From a virus (Duplodnaviria; Caudoviricetes), in the IMG/VR virus record IMGVR_UViG_3300028585_000020, positions 1 through 64,000 of that record: DNA of 64,000 nt; one strand, 5' to 3'. A model generated the notes under the pieces. The model saw nothing but the letters and a program-made list of their open reading frames with translations, made no database searches and had not been told where the DNA came from. Positions 22,617 through 32,800 of the stretch are shown piece by piece. The translations under genes and the position numbers were made by a program. The stretch's first letter is position 1. Every line of letters starts with the position of its first letter.

Positions 22617-25511
22617 ATGAGTATTCGCCACACAGCATCTCCCGGTGATTTTTATTTGCGATTTGTTGATCCTGCTACTGGTGAAACCACCTTCCCTGCA
22701 CCTTCTGTTTCCCCGTGGACTCTGGGGTGGATTGAAAGCATGGATGGCTCTCTTGAGACTACTGAGCTACAGTATGCTTTCAATTTTGGAACTGTTGGTT
22801 CAGCTAATACAATCGTAGCCGGTCATCATGCAAATGACGCAAATAAAGGCAAGTTGCACATTTACACTCCAAGCGGAACTGGTGGATATCTTAGCACGAA
22901 TACTTTTACAACCGGGGCTTACTTGTTCTTGTTGTCAGCAGACACTATCAACGGCTTCCGTCTAAGGTCTTGTCAAGTTTTGATGACACAACCAACTGAC
23001 GGTTCTGCTGTCAAAATCGAGTTTGTTAAAACTCTTGCTGAAGCGAAAGTTGACACTGCGTTAGACATTCCCGGAATTATGACGGGGCGCAGCAATTCGG
23101 GTACTCGTAAGTATGACCAGTCGCTGGCGCGTTTATGGTTCCATACTGGGGAGATTAGCGACCACGAAATGGCTATGATGGCCTACGGTATGGAAATTAC
23201 AGAGCTTGGGAAAACCCCTAAGTGGTATTTCCGAATGAATACCCCTACAGACCTTACAGATCGTGGTGAACTCGGTCTGGTTATGTCTAAGGTTGGCAAC
23301 GGCACTCCTACCGCTGGGAACGCAATTGCTTTTGGCTATGATAGTTCTAATCCGCCATCTAATCAAGCCCCGACAATTACTGGCACTCCCACTGTCAATG
23401 AGTCACCATTAGTAGGGCAGAGCGTAACATACACTCGCGCGCCTACTAGTGGAATTCCTGCCCCTACTGTCACACAGCAGTGGCTGCTCAACGGTCAAGA
23501 TGTTTCTGGTGCAACAGGGGTGTCTTTCTTGCTCCCGGCAGATTCAGGTGGCAAAACAGTGTCAGTGCGACAAATTGCTACAAATATTGCAGGAAGCACA
23601 TCTGCAACTAGCCCTACTAAGACTGTTGCAGCACCTCCTGCAAACGCTGTGACTGCTACAGCAATGCCAGCAGAGACTATCTATCAGAGGCTCGGAACTT
23701 CTCTCGCAATTACTATGGCAGGAACTTACACGGGAGATGTGCCAGACCGCGTAGAAATTCAACTCTATGACGAAGAGGGTATTTCGATTCTGCGTGCATG
23801 GACAGCGATTCCAACACCTTCCATCGGCGGCGGCAGTTGGTCGGGCACGCCAGTTATTCCTCAAGGCGGTATGTATCGACGCCGCGTCCGTACACTGAAA
23901 AATAACGTTGTTCTTGCCACGGGCGGAATTGAGACGGAACTCTGGGCGGTTGGTGCTCGCTGCGGTATGATCGGCTCTAGCAGCGCTCAGTATGCTTTTA
24001 ATTCTAATGGAAACGGCGGCAGCGGCTTTGTCCCACGTTCTGATGTTCGCCTTCGCAGCACTGCCGGTTGGTCTAAACTTAATGACCAAGGGTGGGGTAT
24101 TTCGATTGCCAATGATTTGGCCACTCGTCTCGGTGTGCCAGTAGGTATGTTGGGCTTTGGTGTAGGTGGCGCTACATTAGGTTCTTGGTCAGCTAAAGGG
24201 TCGGGCTGGAATCCATTTGCAGCCGCAGCTGTTTTGGACGGAACAGGACTTGAGGCATGCGTTATTACGGTCGGTTCAAACGATGGTGGTAACGGCACAG
24301 TTCCTTCAAAAGAAATCCACCGTGAGCGTCTCCGAACCCTTATTTCGAACGTGCGAGCTATTCCGGGTTGCGCAGGAATTCCAATTGCCCTGAGTGGAGC
24401 TAATCGCAGGCCGGGTGTTGCTGCAAACGATATTCAATTTAACTGGATTCGGACGGCAGAGAACGAGGTTGGTGATGATGTTGGCGTTGTCCACATTCAA
24501 TCTCTTGATTACCCACTTGAAGACGGTGTCCACTTGTCTAAAGGGCCATCCGGTTATCCAGCACTTGCTACGCGCATTAACTACCAATTCGGTACAGTGA
24601 TGTCTGGAGGGGTTTACCGTCGAGGGCCAAAAATTGTCTCTATGACTGTCAATGGCTCTGTTGTTACCTGCACTATTCAACATCGGGGTTCGACCGACTT
24701 TACAGTACCGGCAGCAGGAACGTTTAAAGCTTTTGCAGCAGATGGAACAGCGATTGTTGTTTCTAGCGTAGCTAAAATTAACAACACCTCTTTTACCGTT
24801 ACTTGTGTAAGTCCTCCGGCATCGCTTCGTTATCTTGACGGTGGTGATCCCGGTACAGCAACACAGTTGTATGGTAACACAACACCTGCTTTACCTATGA
24901 CAGTTGAGACTGAAATGCAGATTCAGCAAATCGGACCTAAAGGTGTTGTGACAAGCCAGCCCGCCCCGGATGGGCAGAATCAAAGGTTTGCAGGCACAAC
25001 GTCAAATGCTACCTCTGGGTTGTACACCCTTACGGGGAGTAACGGGGGTGTTACTGTTGGGCCGCTCGCATTTGTGATTGAAAATAATACATTTGATTTT
25101 ACGCATACTGGTCTAGCTGCGGGTACATACACACCAACTCTCACTGTTAGTGATGGCTCTGCAACAGTGAATGTTACAGGTACAACACCATTTACTATTG
25201 CAGGACTTGGTGGTGGGGGCGTAGTTACTCCTGTCCAAATTAAGATTCGTCTTATAGGTCAAAATGGTCAGCCACTCCCTAATGGTACTACCCTACAAGG
25301 TGCATGGTTCGATCAAGCGCAACCAAAGGATTTTCTTGCTCCAACATGGGCAGATACTTTGGTGACACAGAATGGAACAGGGGAAATTATAATCTCCCTT
25401 CCAGATACCGATCTTGCTAGTGGACAAACAGGATGGCTAATTATCTCTGACAGTGATGGAAATCCTACCACATTGCATAAAGCTTTTAGTGGCCCCGTGA
25501 CAATTTTGTAA
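22617..25511 (+). CDS. multidomain SGNH hydrolase (O-acetylesterase-like) with LamG-like and Ig-like domains
   Basis: Block I GSSS, block III GSND, block V DGVH; PTITGTP...QWL.NG Ig-like repeat; beta-rich C-terminal domains. Confidence 0.75.
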   Translation: MSIRHTASPGDFYLRFVDPATGETTFPAPSVSPWTLGWIESMDGSLETTELQYAFNFGTVGSANTIVAGHHANDANKGKLHIYTPSGTGGYLSTNTFTTGAYLFLLSADTINGFRLRSCQVLMTQPTDGSAVKIEFVKTLAEAKVDTALDIPGIMTGRSNSGTRKYDQSLARLWFHTGEISDHEMAMMAYGMEITELGKTPKWYFRMNTPTDLTDRGELGLVMSKVGNGTPTAGNAIAFGYDSSNPPSNQAPTITGTPTVNESPLVGQSVTYTRAPTSGIPAPTVTQQWLLNGQDVSGATGVSFLLPADSGGKTVSVRQIATNIAGSTSATSPTKTVAAPPANAVTATAMPAETIYQRLGTSLAITMAGTYTGDVPDRVEIQLYDEEGISILRAWTAIPTPSIGGGSWSGTPVIPQGGMYRRRVRTLKNNVVLATGGIETELWAVGARCGMIGSSSAQYAFNSNGNGGSGFVPRSDVRLRSTAGWSKLNDQGWGISIANDLATRLGVPVGMLGFGVGGATLGSWSAKGSGWNPFAAAAVLDGTGLEACVITVGSNDGGNGTVPSKEIHRERLRTLISNVRAIPGCAGIPIALSGANRRPGVAANDIQFNWIRTAENEVGDDVGVVHIQSLDYPLEDGVHLSKGPSGYPALATRINYQFGTVMSGGVYRRGPKIVSMTVNGSVVTCTIQHRGSTDFTVPAAGTFKAFAADGTAIVVSSVAKINNTSFTVTCVSPPASLRYLDGGDPGTATQLYGNTTPALPMTVETEMQIQQIGPKGVVTSQPAPDGQNQRFAGTTSNATSGLYTLTGSNGGVTVGPLAFVIENNTFDFTHTGLAAGTYTPTLTVSDGSATVNVTGTTPFTIAGLGGGGVVTPVQIKIRLIGQNGQPLPNGTTLQGAWFDQAQPKDFLAPTWADTLVTQNGTGEIIISLPDTDLASGQTGWLIISDSDGNPTTLHKAFSGPVTIL

Positions 25512-25518
25512 AAAGAGT

Positions 25519-25543
25519 CCCCTGCTTGCCGCAGGGGCAATTT
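25519..25543 (+). terminator. possible terminator hairpin
   Basis: CCCCTGC/GCAGGGG stem, weak U tract. Confidence 0.45.
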
Positions 25544-25562
25544 AGCTCCACAAAGGAAAATT

Positions 25563-26003
25563 ATGGCTGGAATGACGAATTATCTTGAGAACAAACTGGT
25601 TGATCTTTTGTTCCGGGGGGTTACATACACGCCCCCTACAACTCTGTACTTTGCTCTTCTTACAAACATTCCAGACGATAGCACAAGCTTGGTCGAGGTG
25701 TCTGGAGGATCGTATGCAAGGGTTGCTGTGACTTCTAACACAACTAACTGGGCTGGTACACAAAGTGCAGGCTCCACTGTAGCGTCCACTGGTACAAGTG
25801 GCACCACTAGCAACAACAATACAATTACTTTCCCATCCCCTACTGCATCTTGGGGCACGATTCTCGGAGTGGCAATTATGGATGCCGCTACCGGAGGAAA
25901 CGCCTTGTTTCAAGGGGCATTGGCCGAATCAAAGATGGTTGCAACTGGCTCACCCGCTCCAAGCTTTCCTGCGGCGGCATTCGCGTGCCAGATCGATAAC
26001 TAA
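25563..26003 (+). CDS. virion structural protein (fibre-associated family)
   Basis: MTNYLENK..D.LFRG...LY.AL.T...EVSGGSYARVAV...ITFP.PTASWGTI...DAATGGN.LF motif common in phage tail/neck modules. Confidence 0.75.
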   Translation: MAGMTNYLENKLVDLLFRGVTYTPPTTLYFALLTNIPDDSTSLVEVSGGSYARVAVTSNTTNWAGTQSAGSTVASTGTSGTTSNNNTITFPSPTASWGTILGVAIMDAATGGNALFQGALAESKMVATGSPAPSFPAAAFACQIDN

Positions 26004-26031
26004 TATCCGTTTAACCTAAGAGGGGTCTTCA

Positions 26032-27000
26032 ATGGCAAACCTAATATTTTCAGAACAAAGGGACTCTTCGGGAAATGCGATATTTGCAGAGCAGGTTGAG
26101 TCGGACACCCCGAATAGCATTCGAGCATCAATAAAATCAAGCAGCTCTATTGTTGCCAGAATGTCTGTAGGCGATGGTCGAATTAGCACCACTATTAGAT
26201 CGACGTCCTCACTAATTGCAACATTGCGTGACAGTGTAACTTATATAAGTGCGTCTTTGAAGTCTACAGCAACGTTGATTGCAAATCTGAAAGCTGATGA
26301 GCCTACTTCAGAAATACCTTCAGATATTGACGGCACATTAATTTCTGCGAGTAGGAAAGTTGTATTCCCCGGAGGAACCCGAGTAGTAATGTTCGGGACT
26401 CGTCCTAACACTGCTGTCTCAAATGCTCCATATTATCGTGCAGGTAGGTGGTTTGTTGATAAACACCCAGACGATCAACGTTACTATGTAGCACACATCG
26501 GGGCAGACTTAGAAGACAGGGGAACAACGGCTTTGCAAGTGACGGCAATTGTCGCAGGAGTTACAGTGCTTGTTGATCCTGTAATTCAAGGGGTATTGAT
26601 TCTTATCAAAATTGGAGGATTCAACAGCTTAAACACAGCGAATAATTTCTGCACTTTCCGCGTGGTGTGTGCCAATGGGGAACGGTTCGACAGAACTCTT
26701 TGGTTCAATCGGCAAGACACTAGGTACATTCTTGAAAAAGACCCGGACGATAGAAACTACTATGTGGCAGACTTTAGCAATGATATGACTGACAGTGCCA
26801 CTTCTATTTCAAGAATCACTACAGATGCTGTCGGGGTTGAGGAAATCGCTGTGCCAGAAATCCAAGGTAATTTGCTGGTGTTTAAATTAGGAGGTATGGA
26901 TATAAGTGCTGACCCTCTTAACACGTACACTATTCAAGTGGATTGCAGCAACACTGAGCGATTCTATAAGGTAATTAATTTTGTGAAGGTTGATAATTGA
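26032..27000 (+). CDS. putative fibre adaptor with two KDP-type domains
   Basis: Tandem DKHPDDQRYY...DL and EKDPDDRNYY..DF..DM domains. Confidence 0.65.
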   Translation: MANLIFSEQRDSSGNAIFAEQVESDTPNSIRASIKSSSSIVARMSVGDGRISTTIRSTSSLIATLRDSVTYISASLKSTATLIANLKADEPTSEIPSDIDGTLISASRKVVFPGGTRVVMFGTRPNTAVSNAPYYRAGRWFVDKHPDDQRYYVAHIGADLEDRGTTALQVTAIVAGVTVLVDPVIQGVLILIKIGGFNSLNTANNFCTFRVVCANGERFDRTLWFNRQDTRYILEKDPDDRNYYVADFSNDMTDSATSISRITTDAVGVEEIAVPEIQGNLLVFKLGGMDISADPLNTYTIQVDCSNTERFYKVINFVKVDN

Positions 27001-27392
27001 TGATTGACGCAAGCAAATTTCTTATTAAGCCTAGCGGAGGAAGGGGAGCTTCTACAATATTAGTCCACGAGAACATAAAGGCAGTTCCTACGAGTTCTCC
27101 CACTCTCAGTATTTCTAAGTATGCCTCCGAGTATCAAACAGACAATTTCTCAGTGTTCTTTGAGAAAACAGGAATGTTTTTTGACAGTACGTATTGCAAA
27201 TTTGTTTTACGTATTGAAAATTCTCAAGACATCATATGCGAGGTGGACGGAGTAATTACTAATGCCGAACTAGGGAGGGTTTCATTTGAGACTCCACCTC
27301 TGGCGTCTGGGGTGTTTCGTTACAATGTACAGATGGTAGATTCTAGCGGCTTCGTAAGAACATTAGTATCTAGCTCTTACATTGTGAAGTGA
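27000..27392 (+). CDS. BppU-like beta-sandwich structural protein
   Basis: ITNAELGRVSF...SGVFRYNVQMVD..G..RTL..S.Y.V pattern. Confidence 0.55.
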   Translation: MIDASKFLIKPSGGRGASTILVHENIKAVPTSSPTLSISKYASEYQTDNFSVFFEKTGMFFDSTYCKFVLRIENSQDIICEVDGVITNAELGRVSFETPPLASGVFRYNVQMVDSSGFVRTLVSSSYIVK

Positions 27393-27424
27393 GATTTGAC
27401 AAGAATGCTCAGTTCTGTTATAAT
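27392..27424 (+). promoter_or_regulatory. promoter of tail operon
   Basis: AGATTTGACA, 17 nt, TATAAT. Confidence 0.85.
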
Positions 27425-27445
27425 GCGTGGATTAAAGGATACAGT

Positions 27446-27889
27446 ATGAGCTTTGCAGCAAGTCTCCGTAAAAATATCGACAGAGTGCTACGAGAAGTTA
27501 ATTACAAGATTAATCATCGGGCTTACATCTTCTTCAATTACATTGTTAAGAAATCTCCCCACGTAGGGGACGGACCTTATGTTTCAGGCCACTTTATTAA
27601 CAACTGGTTCCCTGCTGTGAACACTTTTGATGGCTCTATAACTCCCGCTACAGAAGCTGATGGTGGAGGAAGTATGGCAAGGATTGAGAGTGTTGTCAAG
27701 AACAATTCTGCTTTTCTTCGTAAGGATGGCTTTGTCAGCTTGAGTAATAATCTTTCCTACGCGGCCAGAATAGAAAGCTTGGGTTGGCCTAAAGGGTATG
27801 ATCCAAAAAGCGGGTGGAATTGGACTGGTAAGCGGATCATTTTTGCACCCGTGCAGAAAGCCACTCTTTATATGAAGACAATCAAATGA
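27446..27889 (+). CDS. tail completion/neck protein (HK97 gp10-like)
   Basis: SP...G.F.NNW...LSNNL.YA.RIE.LGW. Confidence 0.8.
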   Translation: MSFAASLRKNIDRVLREVNYKINHRAYIFFNYIVKKSPHVGDGPYVSGHFINNWFPAVNTFDGSITPATEADGGGSMARIESVVKNNSAFLRKDGFVSLSNNLSYAARIESLGWPKGYDPKSGWNWTGKRIIFAPVQKATLYMKTIK

Positions 27890-28278
27890 GCATTAGACAA
27901 GAAGTTGAAAAGACTCTTAAAGCCTTTGTGGACTCTCAAGGTATCTCACTAGCGCGTGAAGGTCAAGCTTTTAACAAGCCTAGCAGTGGAAATTATCTTG
28001 AGTACATGATGGAAGAGCCTGTTGTGCTAAATCCAACAGTGGATGTCACTAGGGTTCGTAAGTACGGCGTTATCCAAATCATCTGCTTCATCGAAGACAA
28101 CCGTGGTATGGGGCCGCTAGACACTCTTACCCAGTCTGTTGTGGATTTATTTCCTGTGTATAACAAACAGAAATTTGAAAATTTCACCGTAGAGCAGACT
28201 CCATCTGTTAGCTCTTCATTTTCTGAGGGCATTTTCAGGTGCGCCGTTGTGCGTGTGAAATACAGGCAAGAACTGTAA
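27886..28278 (+). CDS. tail terminator protein
   Basis: G..QI..F.....G......L...V..LFP pattern; position before tube gene. Confidence 0.75.
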   Translation: MSIRQEVEKTLKAFVDSQGISLAREGQAFNKPSSGNYLEYMMEEPVVLNPTVDVTRVRKYGVIQIICFIEDNRGMGPLDTLTQSVVDLFPVYNKQKFENFTVEQTPSVSSSFSEGIFRCAVVRVKYRQEL

Positions 28279-28340
28279 AAATCTCCGTAAGGAATATCGG
28301 GCAAGCTTGCTCATCTTAATTAATATGTAAAGGAAATAAA

Positions 28341-28802
28341 ATGGCTGTTAAAGATATCACCACATCGGCTACTACCACTCTGTGGGTAGCAGAAACTCTC
28401 CCAACCACTTACACTGAAGCCGGTTTTGAAGCTGTCACTGATTGGATTCAAGTTACCGAACTCAGCAACGCTGGTCAAGTCGGTGGCACCACTACTGTTA
28501 CTAATCACATCGATGTCTCCACTGGCAAGGTTGTTAAGCGCGGTGGTAGTGTTAACTACGGTCAAATGGCACTCACCATGGCGCGCCACAAAGGTGCTGA
28601 TATGGTTGCACTGCGTGAAGCTTTCGCTGACCGCCAACCACGCGCATTCCGTATCGTTTACCCAACCGCTGTTGGCGAAGTGGAATACTTCACAGGCGTG
28701 GTTGTCTCGCTCCCTACTTCGATCGGTACTGCTGACCAGATTCTGGACATGAGTATCACCATTGAGATTGATGACGAAGTTCTGACCGCAGACGCAGTGT
28801 AA
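28341..28802 (+). CDS. major tail (tube) protein, siphovirus type
   Basis: 153 aa, VVKRGGSVNYGQM.L pattern, followed by terminator. Confidence 0.88.
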   Translation: MAVKDITTSATTTLWVAETLPTTYTEAGFEAVTDWIQVTELSNAGQVGGTTTVTNHIDVSTGKVVKRGGSVNYGQMALTMARHKGADMVALREAFADRQPRAFRIVYPTAVGEVEYFTGVVVSLPTSIGTADQILDMSITIEIDDEVLTADAV

Positions 28803-28807
28803 TACAT

Positions 28808-28830
28808 GAGGGCTTCGGCCCTCTTTCTTC
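28808..28830 (+). terminator. intrinsic terminator
   Basis: GAGGGC-TTCG-GCCCTC then TTTCTT. Confidence 0.85.
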
Positions 28831-28922
28831 TAAGGATTCTTACATAAGAGTGTTTAGAAGAAATACTGATGAAGGGTGCCCAGACACTCATTATACACAA
28901 CCTACCATAAAAGGAAATACAA

Positions 28923-29372
28923 ATGACTAAAAATACTGAACTCAATTTTGACCTGAACGACCTCTTCTTGAGCGAAACCGCCGAACTTCATTTGGATCAC
29001 CCTCGTGATGATGGCAGCAAACTTTACGCACCAGTGGCAAAAGATCAGCCTGAAGATTCTCGGCCTGTCACTTTGACTGTGTATGGCTCGGCATCCGCAC
29101 AGTATCGCAAAGCCATGGAGGTAATGCATAAAAAAACTAATGCCCGTGGCAAGCGCCTAGCAAGTGCAGATGAAGTCCGAAACGAGAGTGTTGATTTCTT
29201 GGTGGCTGTCTCTGTCAAATTTGACAACATCACATTTGATGGGGAAATTGTAGAAACTCAAGCAGCTTTCCGTAAAATTTACAGCAACCCTAAGTGGGAT
29301 TGGCTGACCAAACAAGTGACGCAATTCGTGTTCACGGATAGCAATTTTTTGGGAAAGTCGAAGAGCAACTAA
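28923..29372 (+). CDS. tail assembly chaperone (gpG-like)
   Basis: Between tube and tape measure; ends ...NFLGK at slippery site. Confidence 0.85.
   Translation: MTKNTELNFDLNDLFLSETAELHLDHPRDDGSKLYAPVAKDQPEDSRPVTLTVYGSASAQYRKAMEVMHKKTNARGKRLASADEVRNESVDFLVAVSVKFDNITFDGEIVETQAAFRKIYSNPKWDWLTKQVTQFVFTDSNFLGKSKSN
29351..29357 (+). other. programmed -1 ribosomal frameshift site GGGAAAG
   Basis: Same heptamer as lambda G/T; -1 frame is open from 29357 to 29857. Confidence 0.85.
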
Positions 29373-29857
29373 TCCTCTTCGCCCGGCAGTTCGCATGGCT
29401 TGGAGCAACCCCGGACAAACAAAAGATTAGCAGGATAGAGGCTATTGAGAAAAGAAAAGCTTCTATTCTAGACAATGAAAATTCCACTGAGCCTGACGAT
29501 TCTGGCAGTGTCCCAATAGTTCCCCAAGATGTTGAACTGCCTGAACTCGGGCCTTTCGCTCATCTTCGGGAACTATTTCTGTTATCAGGGCAAGCGTTAC
29601 AGACGATGGGTGGTTTGGTGGAATTGACATGGAGTGAGATTAGGGCATTTATAGAAGTGAATGAATTAGAGTTGACATTGTGGGAACGTGGAATGATTAA
29701 AAAGATGAGCCACGCTTATTGCAGGGAAGCTTCTGCTGCCACGGATGAAAATCGACCTGCTCCGTATCAGGAACAGAGAGAGGAAGATGAAGTGGATCAT
29801 GTTGCAATTGCCCTTCAAATCGCCGCTAACATGAGGGCATTCAGAAAGAAGAGATGA
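29357..29857 (+). CDS. tail assembly chaperone frameshift extension (gpT-like)
   Basis: -1 frame VEEQLILFARQFAWL...LTWSEIRAF; includes ORF 29606..29857. Confidence 0.8.
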   Translation, partial: VEEQLILFARQFAWLGATPDKQKISRIEAIEKRKASILDNENSTEPDDSGSVPIVPQDVELPELGPFAHLRELFLLSGQALQTMGGLVELTWSEIRAFIEVNELELTLWERGMIKKMSHAYCREASAATDENRPAPYQEQREEDEVDHVAIALQIAANMRAFRKKR

Positions 29858-29858
29858 T

Positions 29859-32800
29859 ATGAGTTTAGAAGCCTCGGGACTTAAAGTAGTAGTAGAAAGC
29901 CACGGCATCACTAATGCGGCAGATGCCCTTAACAAATTGGCAGTGGCTGGCGACAAAGCAGAAAAGAGCACTAAAAAGCTGGCACAGACTGATAAAGCCA
30001 CGCAGGCTTCTGCTGATAAGAGTGCAAAAACTTGGTATGATTTAGTTGACAAAGTTAGCAAGGCTAAAGAGAAAGAATACAATCTTCTCCAACGCCATAA
30101 TAACAGGGTTTATGCTATGGCGCAAGCTGAAGCAAACAAAATGAACTCTGTCATGGATCGCATCAACCAACAGGATGCTGCCAAGTTTGCTAAACGTCGT
30201 GCTCAAGAACAGAAGCAGATTGAACAGCTTGACATGATTCGTCGCAATGCTGCTGCCAAAGAATATGCTCGTGCTCAAGCCGATGGCAATCGTCTAAACA
30301 CTCTGATGGATCGCCAACGCAAACAACAAGAGGCCGCTGCGAAAGCATCGGCTGAGCGTCAGCGTGTCATGAATTCTACTTACTCGTCCAGCAGCCTTGC
30401 TCAACAGATTGCCACTCTCCAACGGGCACAATCTTATGGCAATCTAGGAGGCAATGTTTCTCAGCGCTATGGCAGCAATGTTGCAGGCGCTGTGTCAGGT
30501 GGTGAGCTTGAGCGCCTGCAACGTCAATACCGTCAATTACAACTGGAAGCCCGCAGAGCTAACGCTACTATGGCGGATACACATGCCGCTGTACGGGGCT
30601 TGTCGGGATCGCTAGGTGCTCTGTGGCTTACGTACGGTAACTTGCTCCCTTTGATTGCAGGGGCGGCTGTAGGTATGGCTATCAAGGGTGTGGTGGCGAT
30701 TGGTGCGGACATTGAGCACACGTTAGAAAAGATTCGTGTTCTTGCCGTCACAACCACTGCTGAAGTTGACCAAATGCGTAAAGTGGTGTTCGAGCTAGGT
30801 CAAGGTGTACAAGGCCCGAAAGACGTGGCAAATGCCCTTTCTGTCCTCACTTTGGCAGGACTGGACGCACAAGAGGCAATGCAAGGTGTTGGGGCAACTC
30901 TTAATTTGGCTGTGGCAGGCGATGTTAGTATTGAAAAAGCATCTACCACTCTTGTTCAGATTAGCACATCTTTGGGCTACACAGCAAGAGATTTTGGACA
31001 CATTGCAGACGTTGTTGCTAAAACAGCAGCAGCATCTATGTCCAGTGTTGATAGTATCTCTGGAGCATTTCTTTCAGCAGCGGCTGTTGGTGAAGTTTAT
31101 GGAGCCAGCCTGCAAGACATCGGCCTTGGCTTGGCTACTGTTGCAAATTTAGGTATTCAAGCAACTGCTGCGGGTACGACTCTTAAAAACTTTTACGCTG
31201 ATTTGTCCAAAGGAACTGAAAAGTCTACAAAGACTTTGAAAGATATGGGCCTGTCCCTCCGCGACCTTAAGGATTCCAACGGCGGTTTTATTGATCTTGT
31301 AGAGTTAGTAACTAAGCTTGAGCAAGGGTTTGCTAAACTTGATCCTCAAGCGCGCGGCGAAGCGATGGATAAATTGTTTGGTGAGCGAGGTATTAAAACT
31401 GGTGCTGCCCTTATCAAGCAGGTTAACACACTATCTACAGAGTTCGACCAGTTCGGAAATGTGTACAAAAATAAGCTGCTTGAAGTAGCTGGTGAAATTG
31501 AAAAGAGCGCTGCGTTTGCTACAACAGCAGCCTTGGCGATGTCCCAAACAGCCACTAACCAAATGAAGTCGGTTGGCAACACTCTGCAAGTGACTTTGGC
31601 AAAAGCGTTTGAATCTATTGCGCCTCAAATTGGACAAGTGGCTCGTGCTTTAAAGGTGGCTTTTGCATCGCCTGAGTTTTTGAACGGAATTAAGATTATT
31701 GCCACTGCTGTTGCAAACTTGACTTTGTTTATTGTTGAGCATGCAAAGCAAATTGCTATTATGGTTGCAGCTTATGCCGGTTGGAAGATTGGTGTTTTCG
31801 CAGCAGGGTTGATTACAATGGCTAAAAGTTTTGATATTGCCAAGGTAGCTGCACGTGGATTTACTGCGTCTCTTGGCCCTCTTGGTTTAGCTATCACAGC
31901 CCTTGGTATTGCTTGGGAATTGTACGGCAATCAGAAAAATAAAGCAATCACGGATAACGATGCAAATGCAGGAAGCTTGGATGAATATGCGAAAGGTCTG
32001 AAAGACGCTGCTATCAAGGAAGCTGAAGCGCTGCGCATGCGCAAGGCCGGAACATCAGAGTTAGAGATTGCTAGGAAAGAACAACTAGCCAGTGATAAGG
32101 CTGCATCTGCTAAGCTTGTCGAAGCTTCTGCGGAAGGTGTTCGAGCAATGAAGCTGTCGCTTGACCAGCAATATTCCGCTCTGTCGGAGAATGAAAAGAA
32201 GCGCGCTCAAATGATCCGTAACGGAGAGGTTTCGTCGGGCAGTCGCAACACTGTTAATTATCTTGACACGGTTAACAAGTACATGGGCGCTTACAATAAG
32301 CATCTAGACACCGTGAAGGACATTCAAACAGCAGAGCACGCTTTGTTCCGCGACCGGCAAGAGAATGGCAGATTGGCAGATGAGGCAGCTAAAAAGGGTT
32401 GGATCAAGCCAACTGGCACAGGGGAATTAGGCGGCGGTGATATGGAAAAAGCAGCACAAAAGGCTGCTAAATTTCACCAGAATGAGTCTCTTGAACTTAA
32501 CAAACTTGCAGCCGGATATGAAGCCAAAAATGCAGCAATGCGTCAAAGCATCGAACTCGGAAAGCATGTTGCAGCGGAGGCCCAACAAGCAATTGTACTT
32601 GAAAACTTGGCAGCAGGTAAGTACGGCAGCAAATCGAAAAGCAATGTTCTGTACCAGTCTCAGTTGCGTCTTGCTGTGCTTGCTGACGAAGCTAAGGCTG
32701 AAAATGAGAAGCTGAAAAAAGTCAATGAATTTGCCACCAAAATTGCTGAACTCGAAGCCGCGCAAAAAGCCTATAACGTAGAAGCTACTGAAGGTAGCAT

